DNA from: Kiritimatiellia bacterium
GTDB lineage: Bacteria > Verrucomicrobiota > Kiritimatiellia > RFP12 > UBA1067
DNA: 64,000 nucleotides
Direction of reading: 5' to 3'
NCBI GenBank assembly: GCA_017542055.1
Contig: JAFXXW010000009.1
Span: 2,204 to 66,203 of the forward strand
Below, piece after piece: positions 53,809 through 61,410 of the stretch. Numbering within the stretch: the first letter of the stretch is position 1; each line of letters begins with the position of its first letter. A model generated the notes under the pieces. The model was not told the DNA's origin. It worked only from the letters and a program-made list of their open reading frames with translations, and searched no databases. The position numbers and the translations under genes are program-made.

Positions 53809-53883
53809 GTGCAGGACTGGTCGAGCCACGCCATCGAACACGAACTTTCGGCGCTCTACGACTGCGCCCACGGCGCGGCTTTA
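53809..53883 (+). pseudogene. Relic (about 25 codons) of an iron-containing alcohol dehydrogenase gene
   Basis: VQDWSSHAIEHELSALYDCAHGAAL matches the conserved DWxxHxxxHELSxxxxxxHG metal-binding segment of Fe-ADH/YqhD-type enzymes. Nothing ADH-like is visible on either side. It ends exactly at the LysR stop. Confidence 0.45.
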
Positions 53884-54792
53884 TTTTGTCTCTGTTGTCT
53901 GGGCGGTCATTCTGATTGCGGCGGCAAACTGCGCACCAGCGCGCGAAAGGTTGCCCCTGCGGTGCAGGAGTCCTACGCGGATGGTCTCGTTAAGCTCTAG
54001 CGGTACTTTGACGATATCGGGACCATTGAGTTTCCTGCTGAGGCCGCTGGAGGCGATAGTGTAGCCGTCCAGTTCCAATATGAGGTTGGTCATGGTGCCG
54101 CGGTCACGTACGCGGATGTTCTTTTTGCGGTCGATTGAGGGCATTATCTCCTCAGCGAAGTAGAGTGCATTATCCGCACCCTGCTCGTAGGAGACGTAGG
54201 GGTAGGGGTCGAGCCATTTGGGCTTGATGCTTTTTTCCTTGGCGAGCGGATGCTTGCGCCCCAGGAACACGTGCGGCTTGCTTGCGTAGAGTTCTTCAAA
54301 TACCAACTCGTGCTTGCGGAAGATTTTGCCTAGCGCGGATTCATTACGCCGGGAGAGATAGATTACACCTATTTCGCTCTTGTACGTGGCTACGTCCTCG
54401 ATCAATTCGCTGGTGACGGTTTCGCGCAGGGTGAAGTCGTATTCGTCCGACAAGTTGGCCTTTACAACCCGTACGAACGCTTCCACGGCAAAAGCGTAGT
54501 GCTGGCAGCTCACCGCGAATTGCGGCAGACGCACCGCCTTGCCAGAGTACTTTGCTTGGATGTGCTCGGCGTCAGTGAGAATCTGGCGAGCGCTCGCCAA
54601 AAATTCTTCGCCTTCGCGCGTGGGTGTTACACCTTTTGGCGTGCGGTTGAAGATTGCGATTCTGAGCTCCTCCTCCAGTTGGCGAATGGATTCGGTGAGA
54701 GTCGGCTGGGAGACGAAAAGCCGTGCCGCCGCCTCGGTGAAGGTGCCGAACCGGGCGGCGCCGTCGACGTATTTGAGTTGTTGCAGTGTCAT
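53881..54792 (-). CDS. LysR-family transcriptional regulator (leaderless geometry)
   Basis: ATG at 54792. MTLQQLKYVDGAARFGTFTEAAARLFVSQPTLTESIRQLEEEL is a LysR HTH, followed by a substrate-binding domain. Transcribed divergently from metY. Confidence 0.8.
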   Translation of the reverse strand: MTLQQLKYVDGAARFGTFTEAAARLFVSQPTLTESIRQLEEELRIAIFNRTPKGVTPTREGEEFLASARQILTDAEHIQAKYSGKAVRLPQFAVSCQHYAFAVEAFVRVVKANLSDEYDFTLRETVTSELIEDVATYKSEIGVIYLSRRNESALGKIFRKHELVFEELYASKPHVFLGRKHPLAKEKSIKPKWLDPYPYVSYEQGADNALYFAEEIMPSIDRKKNIRVRDRGTMTNLILELDGYTIASSGLSRKLNGPDIVKVPLELNETIRVGLLHRRGNLSRAGAQFAAAIRMTAQTTETK

Positions 54793-54799
54793 GTTAGGT

Positions 54800-54828
54800 A
54801 TTATATCATAAATTCTTTTGTCTGTCAA
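54800..54828 (-). promoter_or_regulatory. Consensus sigma70 promoter of the LysR gene
   Basis: Minus strand reads gcTTGACAgacaaaagaatttatgaTATAATacctaacATG, with a perfect TTGACA, a 17 nt spacer and TGA-extended TATAAT. There are 7 nt between the -10 and the ATG. Confidence 0.65.
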
Positions 54829-54896
54829 GCTGAAAACATAGGAGAAACCTATGGCCACATGGAGAAATTTCCGATTGGATTTATGGTCGTAAATTA

Positions 54897-54905
54897 TGAT
54901 ATAAT
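54897..54905 (+). promoter_or_regulatory. Extended -10 promoter element upstream of metY
   Basis: Plus strand reads aaattaTGATATAATatgc. The -35 is weak (TTGGAT at a 19 nt spacing). The ~50 nt leader ends in AAAGGAA before the ATG at 54961. Confidence 0.5.
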
Positions 54906-54960
54906 ATGCAGCATCTGCTCCGGAATGTCCCGGGACGGACCAATGAAAGGAACAAACAAA

Positions 54961-56256
54961 ATGAGCAACCGGAAACTTCATATCGAGACGTTGGCGGTGC
55001 ACGCCGGACAGGACGTGTTCGGAGATCCTGCGACACATTCGCGCGCTGTACCAATCTATCGCACTACGGCCTACAACTTCCGCGACTCCAAGCACGGCGC
55101 GGATCTTTTTGCCCTCAAGGAGTTGGGCAACATCTACGCCCGCCTCATGAACCCCACGAACGACGTGCTCGCGCGCCGTCTCGCTGCGCTCGAAGGCGGC
55201 GCGGCGGCACAGACGCTCGCTTCTGGCACGGCGGCGATCTACTTCACCATAACCAATATCGCCCGCGCAGGAGACGAAATCGTCGCCCCGACCAATCTCT
55301 ACGGCGGCACGTTCGCGCAATTCGACGCGATTTTGCCGAATGTGGGAATCAAGGTGAACTTCACGCCCGTCAACGATTTCGGGACAGTCGAAGCCGCGAT
55401 AAACGAGAAGACTAGGCTTCTCTTCATCGAGACGGTCGGCAACCCCGCCCTTGACATCGCAGACATCGAGAAGTATGCCGAAGTTGCGCATCGCCACCGC
55501 CTGCCGCTCGTCGTGGATGCCACGTTCACTCCGCCGCCTCTCCTTAGGGCGCTGGACCACGGCGCGGACTTCGTCATCCACTCCCTTTCGAAGTGGATCG
55601 GCGGACACGGCGCTGGAATCGGCGGCGTAGTGGTCGAGAAAGGCGGCTTCGACTGGAGCGATCCCAAGTTCGCGCTCTACAACGAGCCGGACGCGGGTTA
55701 CCACGGCCTCAGGTTCGCACACGACCTCCCGGAGCCGCTTAAGCCCATCGCGTTCTCGATTCGCCTTCTCACGGTCGGCATCCGCAATCAGGGCCCGACG
55801 CTCGCGCCGGATGCTGCGTGGATCTTCCTCCAGGGCGTCGAGTCGCTGCCGCTCCGCATCGCGCGCCACAGCGAAAACGCGCTCGCGGTCGCAAAGCACC
55901 TCGAGAAGCATCCGAAGGTTGCATGGGTGAAGTATCCTTCCCTCACGCAGCCGGAACTCGCGGCAAAGTATCTGCCAAACGGCGCGGGTGGAGTTGTCGT
56001 CTTCGGCGTCAAGGGAGGTTCGGCGGAGGCTCGCAAGGTGACGGACGCCGCGAACGGAGAGATATTCTCGATTCTCGCCAATGTGGGCGACGCAAAGAGT
56101 CTGATAATCCATCCGGCTTCGACCACCCACTCGCAGCTCTCCGATGAAGATTTGCGCAAGGGTGGCGTTTTGCCGGAACTAATACGCCTCTCCATCGGCC
56201 TCGAACATATCGACGACATCATCGACGCCCTTGACGAGGCGCTCAAAGCAATTTGA
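54961..56256 (+). CDS. metY: O-acetylhomoserine (thiol)-lyase / sulfhydrylase
   Basis: MSNRKLHIETLAVHAGQ...AVPIYRTTAYNF...NPTNDVL...VIHSLSKWIGGHG (PLP-Lys motif)...ANVGDAKSLIIHPASTTHSQL. Confidence 0.85.
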   Translation: MSNRKLHIETLAVHAGQDVFGDPATHSRAVPIYRTTAYNFRDSKHGADLFALKELGNIYARLMNPTNDVLARRLAALEGGAAAQTLASGTAAIYFTITNIARAGDEIVAPTNLYGGTFAQFDAILPNVGIKVNFTPVNDFGTVEAAINEKTRLLFIETVGNPALDIADIEKYAEVAHRHRLPLVVDATFTPPPLLRALDHGADFVIHSLSKWIGGHGAGIGGVVVEKGGFDWSDPKFALYNEPDAGYHGLRFAHDLPEPLKPIAFSIRLLTVGIRNQGPTLAPDAAWIFLQGVESLPLRIARHSENALAVAKHLEKHPKVAWVKYPSLTQPELAAKYLPNGAGGVVVFGVKGGSAEARKVTDAANGEIFSILANVGDAKSLIIHPASTTHSQLSDEDLRKGGVLPELIRLSIGLEHIDDIIDALDEALKAI

Positions 56257-56280
56257 GGTAAAAACGAAAGGAACAAAACC

Positions 56281-57147
56281 ATGAAGAACACATACATAAA
56301 ACTCGCAATAATCGCTGCCGTTGCCGCCATCCACGACATCCTCTTCGCGAGCGTGCCGCTCAACAATCTGCAAGGCACTGGGGGCATCGCTTTCAACCCG
56401 TTAGCCTACACTGCAGGCCTACCGTGGGAGTACGGCAGTACAAGCAACCTGAACGATACAGTCTCCGCACCGCAGGTCGGCGCATGGTACGTCAATCTCA
56501 AAGACGCAGACATAAGTTGGTACGCCGGTTCCGCCGCGCTCACATTCTTCGATAGACTCGAAGTTTCGTACGGCTACGGATTCATCAACGCCCACAAATA
56601 TGGCGACAAGTCCATCGAGACGCACAACATCGGCGCGAAGTTCCGCTTCCTCGATGAAAATGCGTTCGATACCGTTTGGGTGCCGGCGCTCGCCGTCGGC
56701 GGCGTCTGGAAGTACACCGACTCCAAGACTGTCGATGCGCTGGGGCTAGACGATAACGGCTTTGACGCCTATGTCGTGGCATCCAAACTCATCACGCAGA
56801 CGCCAATACCCGTGCTTCTTTCTGGAGGCGTCCTATACACGGACGAAGTCGTGAACGGAGTAGTCGGCCACAACGACTATGATACCGTCTTTTTCGGCAA
56901 TATCGACATACTGCCGGCGGAAAACATCGCGCTCGGTTTCGAATACAAGCAGGGCGCGAGGGTTGGAGACGGCATTCGCAACCACGACTACTACGACGGG
57001 CACGTCGCTTGGTTCGCCACCGACAGGCTCACGCTTGTTGCAGCCTATGTCGATACCGGCGACAAGGACAGGTTTTATCGTAACGGCTCCGCCAAGAATC
57101 TCGGCGTGGGTTCGGGTCTCGTCTTTAGCGTGCAGTATCAATTCTAA
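56281..57147 (+). CDS. Putative outer-membrane beta-barrel protein
   Basis: 288 aa. Signal-like MKNTYIKLAIIAAVAAIHDILFA, alternating amphipathic beta-strand pattern, and a C-terminal VFSVQYQF ending in Phe (OMP sorting signature). Confidence 0.5.
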   Translation: MKNTYIKLAIIAAVAAIHDILFASVPLNNLQGTGGIAFNPLAYTAGLPWEYGSTSNLNDTVSAPQVGAWYVNLKDADISWYAGSAALTFFDRLEVSYGYGFINAHKYGDKSIETHNIGAKFRFLDENAFDTVWVPALAVGGVWKYTDSKTVDALGLDDNGFDAYVVASKLITQTPIPVLLSGGVLYTDEVVNGVVGHNDYDTVFFGNIDILPAENIALGFEYKQGARVGDGIRNHDYYDGHVAWFATDRLTLVAAYVDTGDKDRFYRNGSAKNLGVGSGLVFSVQYQF

Positions 57148-57202
57148 TACCCTGGAGGGTTGCAATTCATTGCGGCCGTCACAAACAGGAGAGAATAGAA
57201 CA

Positions 57203-58126
57203 ATGAGCAATACAATCCAAAATATACTCGGCAAGGTCGGCGGCACGCCGCTAGTCGAGATTTCCGACAAGCTGAACAAGGGTGGGGCGAAAGTTCTCGC
57301 GAAGGTGGAGTTTTTCAATCCGGGCGGCAGCGTCAAGGATCGCATAGCGCTCGCGATGGTCGAGGCCGCCGAGAAGGACGGCACGCTCAATCCCGGCGCG
57401 ACAATCATCGAGCCTACGAGCGGCAACACGGGCGTAGGCCTCGCGCTCGTTAGTGCGGTCAAGGGCTACCACCTCATCCTTACCATGCCTGAGACGATGA
57501 GCATCGAGCGGCGCAAGCTCGCCGCCGCCTACGGCGCGGAAATCGTCCTCACGCCCGGCGCGGCCGGCATGAAGGGCGCAATCGCAAAAGCGAACGAACT
57601 TCGCGATGCCACGCCTGGCGCCGTGATCCTCCAGCAATTCGAGAACCCGGCGAACCCCGACTTCCACTACCGCACTACGGGTCCGGAAGTTTGGGACGGC
57701 ACGAACGGCGAAGTGGCGGCGTTTGTCGCCGGCGTTGGCACAGGTGGCACGATTACGGGCACCGGCAAATATCTCAAAGAGAAGAAGCCCAATGTGAAAC
57801 TCTTCGCGGTGGAACCCGATACGTCGCCAGTCCTCTCCGGCGGCCAGCCAGGACCACACAAGATCCAGGGAATCGGCGCGGGATTCGTTCCGAAGGTGCT
57901 CGACACGTCGCTCCTCACCGAGGTGATCCAGGCATCTGCGGAGAATGCGGGCGCGACCGCGCGCGCCGCCGCGGCACAGGAAGGGTTGCTTATCGGCATC
58001 TCGTCCGGCGCGGCGCTCTGGGCGGCGCTCGAGCTCTCGAAGCGTCCCGACTTCGCAGGCAAGACCATCGTCGCGCTCCTCCCCGATACCGGCGAGCGTT
58101 ACCTCTCGACTTGGCTCTTCGAGTAG
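57203..58126 (+). CDS. cysK: Cysteine synthase (O-acetylserine sulfhydrylase)
   Basis: GGTPLVEI, FFNPGGSVKDRIALAM (PLP-Lys), EPTSGNTGVGLA, GVGTGGTITG and GISSGAAL. AGGAGAG RBS. Confidence 0.85.
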   Translation: MSNTIQNILGKVGGTPLVEISDKLNKGGAKVLAKVEFFNPGGSVKDRIALAMVEAAEKDGTLNPGATIIEPTSGNTGVGLALVSAVKGYHLILTMPETMSIERRKLAAAYGAEIVLTPGAAGMKGAIAKANELRDATPGAVILQQFENPANPDFHYRTTGPEVWDGTNGEVAAFVAGVGTGGTITGTGKYLKEKKPNVKLFAVEPDTSPVLSGGQPGPHKIQGIGAGFVPKVLDTSLLTEVIQASAENAGATARAAAAQEGLLIGISSGAALWAALELSKRPDFAGKTIVALLPDTGERYLSTWLFE

Positions 58127-58132
58127 AAGAAA

Positions 58133-58333
58133 ATGACGATCGTCTATCAGGGGAATAGCGTGGAAACGTCCGCGACTTCGGTCGCGGCGTTTCTCGCGGA
58201 CAAGGGAATCGACGTGGCGACGGCTATTGTCGAATACGGAGGCGAAATCTACGGCAAGGCAACAGACCTCTCCGCGCAGACTCTCGCCGACGGTGCGGAA
58301 CTCAACGTATTCAATATCGTGTCGGGAGGTTGA
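58133..58333 (+). CDS. thiS: ThiS/MoaD-family sulfur-carrier protein (ends in Gly-Gly)
   Basis: 66 aa, of beta-grasp length. C-terminus NIVSGG followed directly by the stop. Confidence 0.7.
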   Translation: MTIVYQGNSVETSATSVAAFLADKGIDVATAIVEYGGEIYGKATDLSAQTLADGAELNVFNIVSGG

Positions 58334-58336
58334 ACT

Positions 58337-58936
58337 GTGGGCGCCAACACATACCTCGTCGAACGGGAACGGAGCATTCTCGAAAATGCCGTTGTCGGCA
58401 TCGCCGGCGCGGGCGGCCTTGGCTCCAACTGCGCCATGCACCTTGTCAGAGCCGGCGTGAAGAAATTCGTCATCGCCGACTTCGATGTCGTTAGCGAATC
58501 CAACCTCAACCGCCAGTTCTTTTTCCGCGACCAACTGGGGCGCAAGAAGGTGGACGCGCTCGCCGAAAATCTGCGGCGCATAGAACCAAAGTTGGAACTC
58601 GATATGCGTGACGTGAAACTCTCGACTGAGAATATCGCTTGGACGTTTTCGGGTTGTTCCGTCATCGTCGAAGCATTCGATTCTGCGGAGGCGAAAGCGA
58701 TGCTGCTCCACGCCGTGCTGCCGCTCGAAAAACCTGTCGTTGCGGCAAGCGGCCTTGCCGGTTGGGGGCGTTCGGCGCAAATCACCCAGCGGCGCATCGG
58801 CAAGGACCTCATCCTGATCGGCGACACGACAAGCGATATCAGAAGCGGCCTCGCCCCTGTCAGTCCGCGCGTCGGCATCGCCGCCACCATGCAGGCCAAC
58901 GCCGTCGTCGCGCTTTTGCTGGGAGAGGAACTGTAG
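58337..58936 (+). CDS. thiF: ThiF/MoeB-family E1-like adenylyltransferase (short form, no rhodanese domain)
   Basis: GTG start. VVGIAGAGGLGSNCAMHLVRAGVKKFVIADFDVVSESNLNRQ is the nucleotide-binding motif of ThiF/MoeB. 199 aa. Confidence 0.75.
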   Translation: MGANTYLVERERSILENAVVGIAGAGGLGSNCAMHLVRAGVKKFVIADFDVVSESNLNRQFFFRDQLGRKKVDALAENLRRIEPKLELDMRDVKLSTENIAWTFSGCSVIVEAFDSAEAKAMLLHAVLPLEKPVVAASGLAGWGRSAQITQRRIGKDLILIGDTTSDIRSGLAPVSPRVGIAATMQANAVVALLLGEEL

Positions 58937-58937
58937 C

Positions 58938-59870
58938 ATGATCGAAAGAACCGAGGCATTGGCGTTGCTGAAGCCGGAACGGCGCGAGGAGCTGCGCGAG
59001 CGGGCGCATGAAACGACGGAGCGGTGCGTGGAAAAGCGCTTCGACTTCTGCTCCATCATCAACGCGCGTTCGGGACACTGCAGCGAGAACTGCAAGTGGT
59101 GCGCACAGTCCGCGCATTGGAAGACGGGTTGCGAGACCTACGGCTGGGTCGGCTCCGAGGCTTGCGTAAAAGCGGCGAAGGAGGCGGAGGCGAACGGCGC
59201 GGACAGGATCGGCATCGTCACTTCCGGCCGCACCCTCTCGCATGAGGATGTTGATAACGCATGCGCGGCGCTCCGCGAAATGCGAAAGGCGACGGACATC
59301 GGGCTTTGCGCCTCGCTCGGGCTGCTATCTGAAGACGATCTCGCAAAACTCAAAGCGGCGGGGCTTCAGCGTGTCCACTGCAACATCGAGACGGCGCCTT
59401 CCCTCTTTCCGTCGCTCTGCTCCTCCCACACGCTTGAAGATAAGCTTTCCACACTTCGCGCCGCGAAGAAACTCGGTTTCCATATTTGCTGCGGCGGGAT
59501 AATCGGCATGGGCGAGACCGATGAACAGCTTGTGGAGTTCGCGTTCGCGCTTAAGGAGATAGCGCCCGACTCGATTCCGGTCAACGTTCTCCATCCGATC
59601 GAGGGAACGCCACTAGGCTCGCGCGGCATACTCGACCCTGAGCGCGTGATAGATTCTGTGGCGCTACTTCGCCTCGTAAATCCATCGACTCCGCTCCGCT
59701 TCGCGGGCGGACGCCGTGACATGTCGGACGAGACTGCCGCGAAGTGCATCTACGTGGGGATGTCTGCTGGCATTGCGGGTCCGCTCCTTACCACGCCAGG
59801 GGCGGACTTCGACGACGACCGTCATCTCGCCATCCAGGCCGGCTATTCCGTCAGCGCAAGGAAAGTATAA
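58938..59870 (+). CDS. bioB: Biotin synthase-type radical SAM enzyme
   Basis: SGHCSENCKWCAQS (CxxxCxxC), IGIVTSGR, CASLGLL, HCNIETAPSLFPSLCSSHTLEDKL and CCGGIIGMGET are BioB-like motifs. 310 aa. Confidence 0.7.
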   Translation: MIERTEALALLKPERREELRERAHETTERCVEKRFDFCSIINARSGHCSENCKWCAQSAHWKTGCETYGWVGSEACVKAAKEAEANGADRIGIVTSGRTLSHEDVDNACAALREMRKATDIGLCASLGLLSEDDLAKLKAAGLQRVHCNIETAPSLFPSLCSSHTLEDKLSTLRAAKKLGFHICCGGIIGMGETDEQLVEFAFALKEIAPDSIPVNVLHPIEGTPLGSRGILDPERVIDSVALLRLVNPSTPLRFAGGRRDMSDETAAKCIYVGMSAGIAGPLLTTPGADFDDDRHLAIQAGYSVSARKV

Positions 59871-59903
59871 TATCCGCAAATCACCGACGAAAGGAGAACA
59901 ACC

Positions 59904-60776
59904 ATGGACAACAGACAGGAACTCAACAGGAACCTCGCGCAGATGCTGAAGGGCGGGGTGATAATGGACGTGACGACGCCCGAACAGGCGAAGATCGCGG
60001 AGGCGGCTGGCGCGTGCGCCGTGATGGCGCTCGAGCGCATCCCCGCCGACATCCGCGCCGCCGGAGGCGTTTCGCGCATGAGCGACCCCGCGATGATCAA
60101 GGGTATACAGGAGGCTGTCACCATCCCCGTGATGGCGAAGTGCCGCATCGGACACATCGCCGAGGCGCGTATCCTCGAGGCGATAGAGATCGACTACATC
60201 GACGAATCTGAAGTGCTTTCCCCTGCCGATGACACGCGGCACATAGACAAGACGAAATTTGCCGTGCCGTTCGTCTGCGGGGCGCGCGACCTCGGCGAGG
60301 CCTTGCGCCGCATCGGCGAGGGCGCCACGATGATCCGCACCAAGGGCGAACCGGGCACGGGGGATGTGGTTCAAGCAGTGCGCCACATGCGAAAGATGCA
60401 GAGCGAAATCCGCCGCGTTACGTCGCTGCGCGAAGACGAGCTCTACGAGGCGGCGAAGGAACTTGCCGCGCCGCTCGACCTCGTGAAGTACGTGCACGCG
60501 AACGGAAAGCTCCCTGTCGTCAACTTTGCGGCCGGCGGAGTCGCGACCCCGGCGGACGCGGCGCTCATGATGGAGCTTGGCGCGGAGGGCGTGTTCGTGG
60601 GCTCCGGCATCTTCAAGTCGGGCGATCCCGCGAAGCGCGCCGCGGCGATTGTGCAGGCGGTCACCAACTGGCAGGACGCAAAACTCTTGGCGAAACTCTC
60701 CGAAAACCTCGGTCCCGCGATGGTGGGCATCAACGCCGACGAAATCGAAACTATCATGGAGGAGCGCGGGAAGTGA
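59904..60776 (+). CDS. pdxS: Pyridoxal 5'-phosphate synthase lyase subunit
   Basis: [52 protein letters not shown] and [17 protein letters not shown]. Confidence 0.9.
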   Translation: MDNRQELNRNLAQMLKGGVIMDVTTPEQAKIAEAAGACAVMALERIPADIRAAGGVSRMSDPAMIKGIQEAVTIPVMAKCRIGHIAEARILEAIEIDYIDESEVLSPADDTRHIDKTKFAVPFVCGARDLGEALRRIGEGATMIRTKGEPGTGDVVQAVRHMRKMQSEIRRVTSLREDELYEAAKELAAPLDLVKYVHANGKLPVVNFAAGGVATPADAALMMELGAEGVFVGSGIFKSGDPAKRAAAIVQAVTNWQDAKLLAKLSENLGPAMVGINADEIETIMEERGK

Positions 60777-61297
60777 AAACTGGAGTTCTGGCAGTTCAAG
60801 GCGCGTTCGCGGAGATGTCTGCATACTGGCGTGCGAAGGGCGCGGATACGTTCGAGATTCGCCAGCGGCGTGACCTGGAGCGCGACTTCGACCTTCTCGC
60901 GCTACCCGGAGGCGAATCGACCGTGCAGGGGAAACTGCTGAATGACCTTGGTCTCTTTGGACCGCTGAAGGAACGAATTGAGCACGGACTCCCTGTCTTC
61001 GCCGTCTGCGCAGGGCTGATTCTTCTCGCCGACTTATTCAAGCTCCTGCCCGTCACGGTCAAGCGCAACGCCTATGGACGGCAACTTGGTAGTTTTACGA
61101 CCGTCGGCATGTGGGACGGACACCCGGGCACCAAGATGACGTTCATCAGAGCTCCTGCCATCACTTCCGTCGCGCCAAATGTAGAAGTCCTCTCTACTTT
61201 CAACGGACAGCCGACCTCCGTCAAGTGGAACAACATAACGGCTTTCACCTGGCATCCGGAGTTGCAACTGGAAAAACAAAACCATAAAAAGTACTGA
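60773..61297 (+). CDS. pdxT: Pyridoxal 5'-phosphate synthase glutaminase subunit
   Basis: GTG start, GTGA overlap with the pdxS stop. [30 protein letters not shown] (catalytic Cys), RNAYGRQ and FTWHPEL. Confidence 0.8.
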   Translation: MKTGVLAVQGAFAEMSAYWRAKGADTFEIRQRRDLERDFDLLALPGGESTVQGKLLNDLGLFGPLKERIEHGLPVFAVCAGLILLADLFKLLPVTVKRNAYGRQLGSFTTVGMWDGHPGTKMTFIRAPAITSVAPNVEVLSTFNGQPTSVKWNNITAFTWHPELQLEKQNHKKY

Positions 61298-61322
61298 CTT
61301 TTGCAATCGCTTTTCGCCGGCA

Positions 61323-61354
61323 GCCCCTTGTGCGTCCATGGGGTCAGTCAACTG
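61323..61354 (+). repeat. Right copy of the imperfect direct repeat (core GTCCATGGGGTCAGTC, 61334-61349)
   Basis: See the left copy. A degenerate third copy, tgtgcGTCCATGGaGTCAaac, follows at 61360-61380. Confidence 0.6.
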
Positions 61355-61363
61355 TATTTTGTG

Positions 61364-61410
61364 CGTCCATGGAGTCAAACCCCATGGACGTCCGCCTCTT
61401 TGCGGACGTC
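61364..61410. repeat. Two overlapping perfect 9-bp-stem hairpins
   Basis: CGTCCATGG (61364-72) pairs with CCATGGACG (61382-90). GACGTCCGC (61387-95) pairs with GCGGACGTC (61402-10). The two share 61387-90, so they are mutually exclusive. Confidence 0.55.

Noticed and set aside
53773-54000. The 75 aa plus-strand ORF as an intact gene.
   Set aside because: Only about 25 codons resemble Fe-ADH. The N-terminal part comes from the repeat element and the C-terminal part is antisense to lysR. It is treated as a gene relic.
59866-59871. TATAAT overlapping the bioB stop codon as an internal promoter for pdxST.
   Set aside because: No TG extension and a poor -35 (CTATTC). It could be weak, but the evidence is insufficient, so it is not listed as a feature.
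61387-61410. Hairpin GACGTCCGC-ctcttt-GCGGACGTC as a rho-independent terminator for pdxT.
   Set aside because: No U-tract follows on the plus strand (cggcgactgg) or on the minus strand. It is kept only as a repeat/hairpin feature.
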